Below, one piece after another: positions 12,601-26,559 of a stretch of 64,000 nucleotides of DNA (position 1 is the stretch's first letter; each line of letters opens with the position of its first letter). Position numbers and translations under genes: made by a program. The notes under the pieces were generated by a model. It was given only the letters and a program-made list of their open reading frames with translations, was not told the DNA's origin and made no database searches. The stretch is taken from assembly GCA_964187785.1 (NCBI GenBank), contig OZ076409.1, positions 94,056,001 through 94,120,000 on the forward strand, written 5' to 3'. Source of the stretch: Amphiscolops sp. MND2022 (Eukaryota).

Positions 12601-15600
12601 CTATAATTTCCTTATTTGCTCTCAACTGTTCTCTCATGGATCTTATCAATCTCCCTATTGTCGCGTTTCCAGTTATTGGTCACTGATTTGGCACTCGAAA
12701 TGATTTATCAACCGTTTTTTTGCAAAATTCCTTGAACCGTTTACTTTTGAAAGGGTTGCAAGATACGTCCTTATTGTTTTAATGTCTCTTGTCTAGCTAT
12801 AACGATTTGGAGAACTTGGAATAATCAAAAATTTGGCTTTCAAAATGTTTAACTACCTTTCAATTCTGTAGCGAGAGGAACTTCGTTGTCTCAACCTTGG
12901 TGAACAAACATTTATGTACATGAACGAACGCTTGGTTGTACCGAAGGTAAAGCGTCCAGTTATCCCAAGACCGTTCCAATACAGCCATTCTGGGAAGAAA
13001 AGCATGTTAGCTACGGTGTCTAACGTCTGGTGGCCCAAGGTACATTGAGAAGTTGTTGCAATTGCAAAAAACTGTCCTCAATGTAGCGAAACCGGTAAAA
13101 ATACTAAAAATGTACATTGTCAAAAACTAGGCGGAAAACTTGCGACAGCACAGAAAACAACCAAGAAATTGCCATCAATTTTCGGGGCCGTTTCAGAATG
13201 CACTCAATGCTCTGAAATGTTTGTAAGTATCCATTGATGATTTTTCGGGGTGGTCAGAACCTATGTTTTCAAGACATCGGCCAGAGAGGATATAATACTC
13301 CTCGCAAAACTATATAGCAGGACACGAGATACCAGAAACAATTAGGACGGATACTGAACCAGTTTAGAAATAGGCGGTTCAAAGAACTTTGCAATAAGCG
13401 GTTGATAAATCATGTCGAGTGCCGATTGAGTGATCATCGTGAAAACTCGAAAATAAAAAAGATCCAGAAAAGAACGGTTGAAACAAAAAAAAAAAAGAGA
13501 TTATACTGGGAAATCATTGCTCAGGGTTGTCAGAAAACTGTTTGCAATGAGAATGAACCTATCACAAACAGGAAAATCACCGTATGAAAAATATACGAGA
13601 GTCGAACCGAAAACGATCAAGAAAGTGGTCATGAATTGTAAACGATCCAATTCAGACATTCCAGAGTTCCAGCTAACTTTGATAGATTTCGACTCGTGAC
13701 AAGATGCGACGATCTCGGTAAGAGTGAAGTCACGGGCAGGAAAATGGAAGGGGCCTTCAAGAATGGAAAAAGTGTTCATTTGATACAGTTCACACATGCA
13801 ATCACGTTTTCGTCTGGACTATTCACTATTCGGGTCACCAGTACATTATGGCTGTAGAACTCTGTTTTGTGTCTACCATTCTCTGCCCTTTTGACTTCTT
13901 GGTTCTGGCTTTGTTCGGCCTCTCGGTGGCTTGGCTGCTGCTGTTGTTCTATTTGCATATGTGGCTCCGGTCTATTCTATACTGTGTTTTTTTACCACAT
14001 TGCTCACATAACGTGGGTTGTTTTTTGGCTCTTTTTGTCCCCTTGTGCTGTCGTTTTCTTGCCATATTCGTTAGCTCTGCTACTGCTAAACCTGGTTTCT
14101 TCTTCTTTGGTTGTTACATTTTTTTCGATGCCTTTGTCTGCCGATTTGACGGGAAACACGCAGTTTTTTAATGACTCGCTCGATTCTGGTCGCGAATAGT
14201 GATTAGTTGACAGCTTGTTGTATTTGGCAACTTCCTTTGATCTGCCATGGGGCTGTTTGATGACATTGTTCTCTGAGCTGCATCTCGCGAACAGCACGGC
14301 TCCTTTGTTGGTTGTTGCATTCTGACCGATATACTTCCCACTGGCAAAAACCGTGATTATACTATTGGACTGATGAAGACCAACTCCTTCTCTCTTCTCT
14401 CTCTTCTTGAAGGCTCCTCCAAATTTGCTGCTCGTTGACATTTCTCTTGCCTGAGTCGAAGTCTGTCTAAGTTAGCTGGAATTCCTAAATGTCGGAAGTG
14501 GATTGATTACGATTCATGAGCAACTTCTTGACCGTGTTGCGTTCCACTCCTGTAAGTTTTTCATACAGCGATTTTCTTGTACGTGATGGGCTCAGTCTCT
14601 TTGCGAAGAGACTTTATGAAAACTTTGAGCTTTCCCTATTCACTATAATTTCCTTATTTGTTCTCAACTGTTCTCTCATGGATCTTATCAATCTCTCTAT
14701 TCTCGCGTTTCTACTTATTGGTCATTTATTTGGCACTCGAAATGATTTATCAACCGTTTTTTTGCAAAATTCCTTGAACCGTTTACTTCTGAAAAGGGTT
14801 GCAGGATACGTCCTTATTGGTTTTAATGTCTCTTGTCTAGCTATAACGCTTGGAGAACTTGGAATAATCAAAAATCTGGCTTTCAAATTGTTTGAGTACC
14901 TTTCAATTCTGTAGCGAGAGAAACTTCGTTGTCTCAACCTTGGTGAACAAACATTTATGTACATGAACGAACGCTTGGTTGTTCCGAAGGTAAAGCGTCC
15001 AGTTATCCCAAGACCGTTCCAATACAGCCATTCTGGGAAGCAAAGCATGTTAGCTACGGTGTCTAATGTCTGGTGGCCCAAGGTACAACGAGAAGTTGTT
15101 GCAATTGCAAAAAACTGTCCTCAATGTAGCGAAACCGGTAAAAATACTAAAAATGTACATTGTCAAAAACTAGGCGGAAAACTGCCGACAGCACAGAAAA
15201 CAACCAAAAAATTGCCATCAATTTTCGGGGCCGTTTCAGAATGCACTCAATGCTCTGAAATGTTTGTACGTATCCATTGATGATTTTTCGGGGTGGTCGG
15301 AACCTATGTTTTCAAGACTTCGGCCAGAGAGGATAAAATACTCCTCGCAAAACTATAAAGCAGGACACGAGATGCCAGAAACAATTAGGACGGATACTGA
15401 ACCCCTTAAGAAATAGGCGGTTTAAGGAACTTTGCAATAAGCGGTTAATAAATCATGTCGAGTGCCGAATGAGTGATCATCGTGAAAACTCGAAAATAAA
15501 AAAGATCCAGAAAAGAACGGTTGAAACAAAAAAAAAGAGATTATACTGGGAAATCATTGCTCAGGGTTGTCAGAAAACTGTTCGCAATGAGAATGAACCT

Positions 15601-18268
15601 ATCACAAACAGGAAAATCACCGTATGAAAAATATACGAGAGTCGAACCGAAAACGATCAAGAAAATGGTCATGAATCGTAAACGATCCAATTCAGACATT
15701 CCAGAGTTCCAGCTAACTTAGATAGATTTCGACTCGTGACACGATTCAACAATCTCAGTGAGAGTAAAGTCAAGGGCAGGAAAATGGAAGGGGCCTTCAA
15801 GAATGGAAAACGTGTTCATTTGAAACAGTTCACATATGCAACCACCTTTTCGTCTGGACTATTCACTATTCGGGTCACCAGTACATTATGGCTGTTGAAC
15901 TCTGTTTTGTGTCTACCATTCTCTGCCCTTTTGACTTCTGGGTTCGGGCTTTGTTCGGCCTCTCGGTGGCTTGGCTGCTGCTGTTGTTCTGTTTGCATAT
16001 GTGGCTCCGGTCTATTCTATACTGTGTTTTTTTACCACATTGCTCACATAACGTGGGTTGTTTTTTGGCTCTTTTTGTCCCCTTGTGCTGTCGTTTTCTT
16101 GCCATATTCGTTAGCTCTGCTACTGCTAAACCTGGTTTCTTCTTCTTTGGTTGTTACATTTTTTTTTCGATGCCTTTGTCTGCCGATTTGACGGGAAACA
16201 CGCAGTTTTTTAATGACTCGCTCGAGTCTGGTCGCGAATAGTGATTGGTTGACAGCTTGTTGTATTTGGCAACTTCATTTGATCTGCCATGGGGCTGTTT
16301 GATGACATTGTTCTCTCAGCTGCATCTCGCGTACAGCACGGCTCTTTTGTTGGTTGTTGCATTCTGACCGATATACTTCCCACTGGCAAAAACCGTGATT
16401 ATATTATTGGACTGATGAAGACCAACTCCTTCTCTCTTCTCTCTCTTCTTGAAGGCTCCTCCAATTTTGCTGCCCGTTGACATTTCTCTTGCCTGAGTCG
16501 AAATCTGTCTACGTTAGCTGGAAATCTTAAATGTCGGAAGTGGATTGATTACGATTCATGAGCAACTTCTTGACCGTGTTGCGCTCCACTCCTGTAAGTT
16601 TTTCATACAGCGATTTTCTTGTACGTGATGGGCTCAGTCTCTTTGCGAAAAGTCTTTATGAAAACTTTGAGCTTTCCTTATTCACTATAATTTCCTTATT
16701 TGTTCTCAACTGTTCTCTCATGGATCTTATCAATCTCTCTATTCTCGCGTTTCCACTTATTGGGCACTTATTTGGCACTCGAAATGATTTATCAACCGTT
16801 TTTTTGCAAAATTCCTTGAACCGTTTACTTCTGAAAAGGGTTGCAGGATACGTCCTTATTGGTTTTAATGTCTCTTGTCTAGCTATAACGCTTGGAGAAC
16901 TTGGAATAATCAAAAATCTGGCTTTCAAATTGTTTGAGTACCTTTCAATTCTGTAGCGAGTGAAACTTCGTTGTCTCAACCTTGGTGAACAAACATTTAT
17001 GTACATGAACGAACGCTTGGTTTTACCGAAGGTAAAGCGTCCAGTTATCACAAGATCGTTCCAATACAGCCATCTTGGGAAGAAAAGCATGTTAGCTACG
17101 TGTCTAATTTCTGGTGGTCCAAGGTACATCGAGAAGTTGTTGCCATTGCGAATAACTGTCCTCAATGTAGCGAAGCCGGTAAAAATACTAAAAATGTACT
17201 TTGTCAAAAACTAGGCGGAAAACTGCCGACAGCACAGAAAACAACCAAGAAATTGCCATCAATTTTTCGAGGCCGTTTCAGAATGCACTCAATGCTCTGA
17301 ATTGTTTGTAAGTATCCATTGATCATTTTTCGGGTTGGTCGGAACCTACGTTTTCAAGACACAGAGGATATAATACTGGGTCGAAATCTGTCTACGTTAG
17401 CTGGAAATCTTAAATGTCGGAAGTGGATTGATTACGATTCAAGAGCAACTTCTTGACCGTGTTGCGTTCCACTCCTGTAAGTTTTTCATACAGCGATTTT
17501 CTTGTTCGTGATGGCCTCAGTCTCTTTGCGAAAAGTCTTTATGAAAACTTTGAGCTTTCCCTATCCACTATAAGGTTCTCATTTGATCTCACATGTTCTC
17601 TCATGGATCTTATCAATCTCTCTATCCTCGCGTTTCCACTTATTGGTCACTTATTTGGCACTCGAAATGATTTATCAACCGTTTTTTGGAAAAGTCCTTG
17701 AACCGTTTACTTCTGAAAAGGGTTGCAAGATACGTCCTTATTGCTTTTAATGTCTCTTGTCTTAGCTATAACGATTTGGAAAACTTGGAAAAATATAAAA
17801 TCTGGCTTTCAAAATGTTTAACTACCTTTCAATTCTGAAGCGAGAGAAACTTCGTTGTCTCAACCTTGGTAAACAAACATTTATGTACATGAACGAACGC
17901 TTGGTTGTACCGAAGATAAAGCGTCCAGTTAGCAAAAGCTCGTTCCAATGCGGCCATCCTGGAAAGAAAAGCATGTTAGCTACGGTGTCTAACGTCTGGT
18001 GGCCCAAGGTACATCGAGAAGTTGTTGCAATTGCAAAAAACTGTCCTCGATGTAGCGAAGCCGGTAAGAATACTAAAAATGTACTTTGTCAAAAACTAGA
18101 CGGAAAACTGCCGACAGCACAGAAAACAACCAAGAAATTGCCATCACTTTTTCGGGGTCGCTTCAGAATGCACTCAATGCTCTGAATTGTTTGTAAGTAT
18201 CCATTGATCGTTTTTCGGAGTTGTCGGAACCTACGTTTTCAAGACATCGGCCGACAGAGGATATAATA
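8664..18268. repeat. Tandem array of ~2.05-kb units made of Gypsy integrase fragments (sense half plus antisense half)
   Basis: Unit starts (AGAACTTGG..AATCAAAAAT) at ~8664, 10735, 12811, 14854, 16896 and 17780, with periods ~2071, 2076, 2043, 2042, then an internally deleted 884-bp unit. The same ORFs recur in the ORF track. Confidence 0.92.
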
Positions 18269-18289
18269 CAGCGGATAGATATAATCTCT

Positions 18290-19320
18290 GTTGACAAGTT
18301 TCCTAAAAACGTAGCTTCCAGCCAACCCAAAAAATATCATGTGACACTAATAGGTATTTACGAGAATTTATTGCGATTTGGAATAGCACCGCAAAATTGA
18401 TGACAACCTCTTGGTTGTTTTCCGTGTAGGTCAGCAGTTTTCCGACTTGTTTTTCACGAAGTACAGTTTTGTTACACTTGCCCGCGTCGCTTCATTCAGG
18501 CAGTTTTTTGCAATTGCCACAACCTCTCGATGTAACTTGGGTCACCACTCGGCTGTATTCTTCGATTATTTGATGTGGTCTGAATTGAGTTTCGAGGTCG
18601 TTAGAGTTGTGAAATGGAAAACGGGCGTCTGGTCGATTGTGATGAATACCTTTAATTGTTTAATCAGGGGCTGTATCCATCTGTTGCTGCCAGACAACAT
18701 AATCTGTTCTTTTCGTGTTTTGTTGGTTTTGGCGGTAATTGATATCTGGTGGGTCAGAAGTGACCTATCGTCGTACTGACATGGATTCATGCATTTCGAG
18801 TCGTTGCGAAAAGTAGTTTTTTGAACCAGTCTCCTTCAAGTCAAATTGACCCAAAGTGGCAGTTAAGTGCTTGCCATTGTTATTGAGGGTTGCTTCGTTG
18901 CCTGGTCTGGCGTTTTGTTTCTCTCTGGTAATTGTGGGACGTAAATGGGCACCTGCAACTTTCGAACACTTTTCTGCTTGGTGGTTTGTTTCACTCCACG
19001 TTGGGCAAAAAAGGTGTGTTGGAATGTGGGGTTTTTTGCCGTTTTTGGCCTTCATTTCTTTTGAGTTTCCTTTATTCGGCTATGTATGGTCGTTTTCCTT
19101 GAAGTATGTGCATTGTGCATGATTGTTGGTGTTAATATCAGTCCTTACCGCCCTGACCATGATGACAATTGGACGTACCCGTCCCAAAATGTTTTCTCGT
19201 GAAGACAGATATCTCACTATATTTTGTCTCTCGGGGATCGCACAGTCAATGGTCGTAGATTTGATTGCTCTACTCACATGCCCTTGCAAGATGTTCACGA
19301 GTGAATCCATCACTTGAAAT
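18290..19320 (-). pseudogene. Inverted, internally deleted Gypsy remnant (gag / protease region / integrase H2C2 fragments)
   Basis: 18300-18550 is a diverged reverse complement of the IN H2C2 segment (GTGGTGACCCAAGTTACATCGAGAGGTTGTGGCAATTGC). Upstream on the minus strand are knuckle-like and gag-like fragments. Confidence 0.55.
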
Positions 19321-22060
19321 AACCTGAGATTTGTTTCCCCTGATTACATTTCCATAGACTAAAGAGTCTGACTGTCTTGAAGGTCTCATCTCTACTTGCA
19401 ATTATTCTAGACTTTTTTCTTGATATGAGTTCTCACTATAGGTAAGTATTGCCCGAGTTTGCATTTGTCGTTCTCCAAGTCTCTTGCTATTGAGTTTGAA
19501 CAATCTCCAAGCGTTACCTCCATATTTTTTTCAGATGAAACATCAATCTCTCTGGTGTGTCACGTTCAAACCTTTTGTCTCCTCGTTGAAAGCATTGAAA
19601 AATTGAGTTCAGGATAGTATTCAATTTCCTGATTTATTGTGATTTTTCAACTTTTGCAAATTTAGCGAACGTTTTCAACATAAACATAATATGAGTAACA
19701 AAATTGTCTCGAATTTTTCTGTCTTCCAAATTGGCCTAATATACCCAAGACAGTGTGACCCTCCTTTTTCAATTCCTCATGCTGCTATTTTTAGCTCCTT
19801 TGATAATAAAAAGTATTGGCGACTACGTAGTGTAGCCAATATTATCATCTAAAATTTGATTATGTAAATGTTCAATCACATAGAGGGGTTCACTACCTAA
19901 TCAAATACTTGTATTGATGAATGGACATGCTCGTCCAATGTATTTATGTCATCAATTACATGTACAAAATACATTATCACCTCTTGTATTCAACAGGTAT
20001 ATGTAATTTGCCGACATGTCCCTTACTGTTCAGGATGATTGTCCATTTTGGCCAATAAAATATTAGCACTGAGATAATAATTTATTGCTGGTGATGAAGT
20101 GACGTAAGTGCGTTCTAATTGGTTGACAATGATCCCACAAGTACTGTCTGCCGTAATTGGCTAGCAATTTTTAAAACTCGTTTCCGTATTTATCGGTCAG
20201 TTGTGCTTTCTGTTTGAAGTGTAATGTCTAAACAAATTGAGAATTACAGTATCAAATATTTAATAAAAAAGGATGTAAAACAATTTCAGTTTCATCTGCT
20301 TGTTTTCACAGTCATCATCAATTCAGTGGACTCGTGCCGGGAAGGGCGATGCAACTACATGAGTACATGATGGAATACCAAACTTCATCACAGGCGGCAG
20401 CCTGGGACACTTACCTCCAGACTAACAATCACGGAAACTTTCAAAATTTGGAATTGTACCTGAATAATCTTTTGTAAGAGTGTATTTTTGGCAAATCGAT
20501 CAATTCTCAATTTCTGCAAAGGACTGCATCAGGACTGATGCTGGCTTGAGACTGCTGGAAAACTGAAGTTAGCTTAGCAGTCCTCAAGTCCACTGGACAG
20601 TCAGTGAGGGCGAAGCCGTCTCGACAATTAAAGTACGACGTGCATATCTGACTGACGAAAAATTTCAAAAGTTAGACTAATCTCTCATTTTGAACGCAAT
20701 ATTTTTATTCTTGTCATCACCATGCTCATGACACTGTCTAGCCGACTTTTTAACGGACATGACATGAGAAAATTATTAGGGTAAAACGAAACAAAATTCT
20801 GATGCAATCAAGTTTTCATTATTTATGTGGTATCATATTTATCATCAATCTTCAGGGAAATTTACAGTTTACGTATTTGGTACAAATTGTTCTTCGAATG
20901 ACTCTTTGATACGTCCTGTTCAATTGAGACTTTAATAAAATGAACAACAAAGTTTGCTTCCGAACATTTTATAGAATGGATACTTTCGTTCGAAAAATCA
21001 TTTGATGGTTCTTCACATGGACTTCAGAACGTATCAAATCGCACTTTAGGTCGTTTTGTACAATCACAAGTGATATGCAGTTTTGAGATTCTGTAACTCG
21101 AAAAGCGTTTTGTGAATTGGGAAATTATACACTGAACCAAGCAGTTTAGAAACTATTTCATCATCCAAAAAACAAGGTTTTTGATAAGCAAATCATCAAG
21201 TGTTGTTTGATTGGTTGATCAAGCGCTGAATTGTTTGTGGATCATGTTCTGCCCTCAAGAATTGCCAGCGTATTTTGAATAAAAATCAATTCCCAAAGAA
21301 ATCTCGCTGGAGTACATTTTTGTGTGCGTTATTGAATGCCAATGTTTATCTTATCTCAAAAAACACTTTTCAGTAACGATGAAGCTGCTGATATGGAAAC
21401 AAGAACCGTCTTTCTGTGTTAATGGATGAAAGAATTGCGCATGCGGATCTTTTATGTTAATTCTCTCCCCCGCCAATTTAATGCCCCCAGTTAAGCGGCC
21501 AAGAAGAAATTATCATTGAAATAATAGTAACAATCAATCAAACTGCAGTATTTTATAACTCTAACTGCAACTGAAACTCATCGCTGATAGTGGTGAGGAA
21601 TTGAAATTTCCGCGCTTACTGTTGTTAGCTTGTTAGAAGCTAGTTTCAACTTCTTACAAAACGAACAGTTATGTGCTAGTTGTGTTTACCAGAAATGTCC
21701 GACAATGTTGGCAATTCAAATAATTCACTGAAAGAATTATATACTTTATACAGATGTAGGAAAACTTCGCAAGTTCGGTTTTTTCATCCATTATTTGGTT
21801 TTGCTTTTGCAAGAAAAAACAAACTCCTTTTTTAACGGAACGAATTCCAATTTTGTGCTTCCGGGGGTTCTAAAAAGCAACGCAACGTACAGCAATGTGA
21901 TTGAGACTACATGTGTATTGTTTTGTTGAAAGTATAATCTAAAAGAAACGCAACTAGATTGAGATTTCATTTGTAATTTTTATTTGGGAATATGATCTAA
22001 AATAAACGCAATGTGATGAAGAATGGGTTTGTACTGCTTCAGTGGAAAATTAAACGAAAT

Positions 22061-23460
22061 AAACGAAGACCCGAATTGTTCGGATATGAATTTAACGGAA
22101 GTGACTCTACTGTCATTAGAAGGATTCAGGAAAATCTATGATGAGTTTTCGCAATAAGTAAAAAAAAACAAAAGAAATTTTTTTCCAGTTCAAGACAGTT
22201 GATGAATAGGTTCGAATTTCGTTTCCGTGTGCAAGTTTGTAACAGTACAAAACGTTCCTGATCTCTTTTAAAAAACACTTTCCAGATCTGCCCGATGGAG
22301 CAAACCATTTTCACTCTATTCTAATTGGACGACCAAGTTTTAAAGCAATCGAGTTTAGATCACATGGCATTTCCTTTCAACTAAATCCCAATCAAAAATC
22401 TTTACAAATTGGCGGTCATTTGCATTTTATGTTTGTAAGTAAAAGTCAATTTCAGCAGGTAAAGTTTCAGAGGGTTTCTATTTTTTCGATAGATTTTTCC
22501 TGCAACTGTGGATTTTCTTGATTGCAATTGTACAAATAACAAAAACCAAGTTTTTTTTAACTTGGACTGATATCGAAGCATTCAGATTTATTCGAAATTT
22601 CGAAAAATAAGTTCTTTATTCAGCCAGTCCCATTTGCGACACTAAAGCGTCAAAATTTCGAAAACTGCAAAAATTAACAACTCGTCAACCTCCAGCATCT
22701 GTTGAATTGCGTCAAGGTCTTTTTATAGCCAACCTCGAGTTTACCGCTATCGACCATACACAACAATTCTGTAACTTTTGCTAGATTTACGGCATCAGTG
22801 TGCATCTTGTAATACTTGTCATGAATTTTTGAGTCAAGACCCAGAAAATCAGCAACCCAAGTTCTTTGGAACTGCGGTAAGTTCAAAAACGGCGCCGCAG
22901 TTGCCACATACGATCATAGTTTCGTAGACCTGAACAAAGGTTTGTTCCTCAGCTCAAATTCTTCAGCGAACTACTTTAGGGCCTCAGCGATCTGGTAATG
23001 CAGTTTTCCACCTTTTGCCTGGACGAACTACGTGTCATTCTTCAAACTATCATCATTGATCATGGTATCAAAAATTTTAAGAGTGTCCGGTGGCAACAGC
23101 ACTGGAACAGTTTTTCCTCCATTCTCGGGAAGTCGGAGGAGTGTGTAGACTTCTGCAAACTTTTCCTCTAGTTTCGTCAACTTCACGAACTCGATAACCA
23201 CTGTCTTTGCTTGTTCGGAGGGAATACTCTGTTGAAGTATCATATTTCTTCTTTTGATGCCAAAAACTTCACGATCGCGTTTCTTGTTGAAACTAACAAG
23301 ATCAGCTATCACAGTTTTTTATACGAAGGAAACGAAGACCCAAATTGTTCGGATACTAATTAAACAGAATTGACTCTACTGTAATTGGAAGTATTCGGGA
23401 GAATATATGATGAAATTTGGCAATAAGTAAAAAACAAAAGCAAATTCTTTCCAGTTCAAG
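22061..23460. repeat. ~135-bp imperfect direct repeat (22061-22193 and 23330-23460)
   Basis: AAACGAAGACCC(G/A)AATTGTTCGGATA...GACTCTACTGT...GCAATAAGTAAAAAA...TTTCCAGTTCAAG is present at both sites. Confidence 0.75.
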
Positions 23461-26141
23461 TTTGAGTTCGGCATAGTTATCATTACAATACATGAGCTGC
23501 ATCGAACTAGCAAGATCTTGCTAGATCCATAAATAGACAAAAACGCGTTTTTATTTTAAGTACACATTACGTTTCGATACTCATTAAACTATTTGACTAA
23601 TCGTTTCACTAAGTGATTAAAATTCGTGGTTTGACTCCTTTACACATTATTCAAGTACGCACTTTGACTAATTTCCACTTCGAATATCAATACGGAATTT
23701 GATTAAAGTTCGCTTTCATCTGGTACACATTTTGACAAGAATACACTAATTGATGGATTTACACAGTGTAATATAATCAAAGTGTGTAATATGGGGTAAC
23801 TTTGACGACATCATTGTAGTACACGTCACCTAAATAATACGTTAATTAGGTTAATAGGTTAGGGTGTAAAACAATCAAATTGATTGCTTTCCACATCCCA
23901 TTGATTTAACACATTCAACTCCGTCACAGAATTGAATGCGGTAAATTATTCAGATGTGTAAAACAATCATAAGGGTAATGATTAATTCCGTTTCGAGTAC
24001 TTCCGAATTAATGAAATAGCATCGGAAATCAAGAATTAATGAAATTCGTACACGGAAATTAGCTGTAATTAGAGGTGTAGATTATATTTGTTTTTGTCTC
24101 TCTTTGTCGGACAGCTCCCCTATACAGGTTCACAAACAGTTGCATTGATGATATTTTTGATCATTAAAAACGCGTAATCAGTATGAAACTTCGTCAAATC
24201 GAGGGGTCCTCGCACTTTTCCTCCAATGATTTGCCGGAATTTAATGATGTCGGCAGTGGGAATACCCAGATGAATTCTCTCATTTTGCTTCTTGACCAAC
24301 CTAGGAAAAAATAAGGTGATTCGATTTGGAAAAAAAGGCTTAAAAAGTTGTCTCTTTGCACTGTCTCATAGCAGTTCCTACCAACTCATGGTGAAAAAGA
24401 GGGTCCAAGTTCCATCAAGTGCGACTTCTTCCACAGTTACGAGTTTTCAAAATGCGCTGACTTATGGGCCTTAAATACAAGCTGCGGAGCAACATTTTAC
24501 ATTTTGGCTTCTTTTACTTGAATTGTTGAGGAAACCAGACTTAGTGGGAATTAAACCCGTTATTTTAGTTGGCCTTGATGGGACGCACACTAAGTGGGAC
24601 ATAAAAAGTGGGACCCGATATGAGAACTAGAGAAAAACGACTGAAATTGGCTGAGTAACTATTTCAGTCGAAGTTCCACCACGTTTCTTGCACTCTGCAA
24701 CTACATATCATATTTTGCAGATATTTGGTGGGTTTTTGTAATTATTTGCTTTAATTGTTCCGGAAGCGTTCGAACTCATAACTCACTCGTATTCAGCAGG
24801 TGCGGATATGTGGGCCCATTCAGTGTCAATATCTTTCCGGAACTGTTAACTTGAGATATTTCCTTATTCTCCCACACTAAAGCTCAATTTTGCAACACTG
24901 CAGCAGTTGTTTTCAGAATCAATCCCATTTTCAAAAATGAGCAGTTCAGTTGGAGAACAAGTTTGGCCTTGACTCGCATTCTTTTGCTGATTTGATTTCA
25001 GCCTTCGTCTGATTTCCGCTTCTTGAAATACTATTCTCCAACATACTTTATAAGGGGATCACTTTGAAGTTCTGCAACTGGATCGTTTCCTAAATTGCTA
25101 TGAAGGAACTCCTGCAAAGGTGTGTTAAGCTTTGCTTTGATTTCAAGCATCAACGCAAAGATGGCAGCTTTGATATTTTTGTTTTTTCTATCTTAATGGC
25201 TAGACTTGGAAAATGCCAGGCTGTCTAGTTTTTGCCGGTACATGGTTTTTCTCATGAAGAAGCCAAGACAACCTGGGCAAGGAGCATAGTTATTAGCTGT
25301 TCGATTCTGTTCGCGTCAGGTCTATGACTACGATCAGCGTGTGAGTGATTCCCTTCGTCTGTATGCAATTTTGGAAACCGTGATGTTATACTTGTACTGA
25401 CCTTCATATGTGATCAAGCGGTAAGTTTGATCTTTCTCTCTCCTCAAATCGTGTTCAGTTGTGGCTGCTTCTTCACTTCTCTCTACTTCTTCTGCTTCCA
25501 GATTTGTTTGCTGGAGGTTACTGACGCGGAGCTCTCTTCGATGGAATGGTTGCAAATGGCGAGCGAAGTTAGCGATCTTTGATTCCTTCCAAATGACAGT
25601 AAGTACAACATTTCTTCTTTTTGTATTTACCTCCAGAGACAACAATGTGGATCTTCTTGAGATACTTTGACTTGAACCTCAATTTTCCGGATAAATTAGC
25701 CTTAACATATTCTTGCAAGTTGTTTTCAATGTTATCATAGTCTTCCACAGTGTTTGCAACATCATTTGGTTCTGCAGACGACGTTGAAGCTAGTGCTGTC
25801 TTGTAACTATTTTCACTGATCTGAGAAACGCGTTCCCCCAATACCAGAGTCTGATTCGATGAAGGTTCATTAGGTTTACTTGGCGCTCCTTCAGCCATTG
25901 ATTCAGCTTGTTTCTTCTCCTGAAAACAGTTCCTTGCTATTTTCATCCTCTTCAACATTGTACCTTCAACATGAGGATTCACATGTTTCCGACGTCGAAT
26001 CGTCGCTGGAAATCTCGCTTGGTTGTTCAGGTAGATCGCCATGTGTTCTTGAGCTGATTCAGAAACCAAATCTTTCTCAGGCTTCTGAAACAAGTATTCG
26101 CGTCGTTTGTTGAGAATTCTCAGAGTCCTGGACGTTCTCAC
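22674..26141 (-). pseudogene. Decayed, probably spliced tyrosine-recombinase-like gene with N-terminal Cys/His motifs (YR-element type)
   Basis: Minus-strand pieces in order: KKKCCTYC..ANFARHLQPFH, GQYKYN, YAPCPGCLGFFMRK (~25230-25290), PTADIIKF (~24250), then one frame 23312-22674 with LVSFNKKRDREV, GGKTVPVLLPP and FRSTKL*SYVATA..LNL..VADFLGLDSKIHDKYYKM..LAKV. The last block resembles YR catalytic R / xxxR / GH / Y motifs and has in-frame stops. Confidence 0.7.
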
Positions 26142-26559
26142 AGAGAACTACAACCGCTTAAAAACGACTATCTTGATTAAGAATACACAGTTGGAAAAAC
26201 TCAACCCATGAGTTTTGAGACGGTTGTTATAAGTGGAAAACCTCGAATGAATTTATTTCCTAATGAGAAGATTTTGCTTCAAAAACACCGTGGCGTCCTT
26301 TCGAACTGAATTTATATTGAGGACTTTCCGGAATCTATTTTCTTTCACATTGTGTTTCTGTTCACATGTATTATTCAGTCTAGCATTTAGCAAGCATGTT
26401 ACGTTTATTTTGAGATGTTTTAACATAATACTTTTAAAATGATGTTGTAGCAGCAAGTTTTTAAAATCCCGTTTCACGTTGATGAATACGGTGCATGAAA
26501 GTCATCACATCGCTTCCACTCTAGTTGCAAAAGCAACAAAAAAAACAGAATTTTTCAAG

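Noticed and set aside
9688..16241. Recurrent hydrophobic / Cys-rich ORFs (MAVELCFV.., MCLPFSALL..) that look like membrane proteins
   Set aside because: They are the opposite-strand reading of the A-rich integrase C-terminal fragment in the tandem unit, and their frames differ between copies.
20224..20670. Possible small spliced + strand gene after CCAAT / TGACGT motifs
   Set aside because: Exon-like pieces are present, but I could not build a consistent stop-free model or recognise a product.
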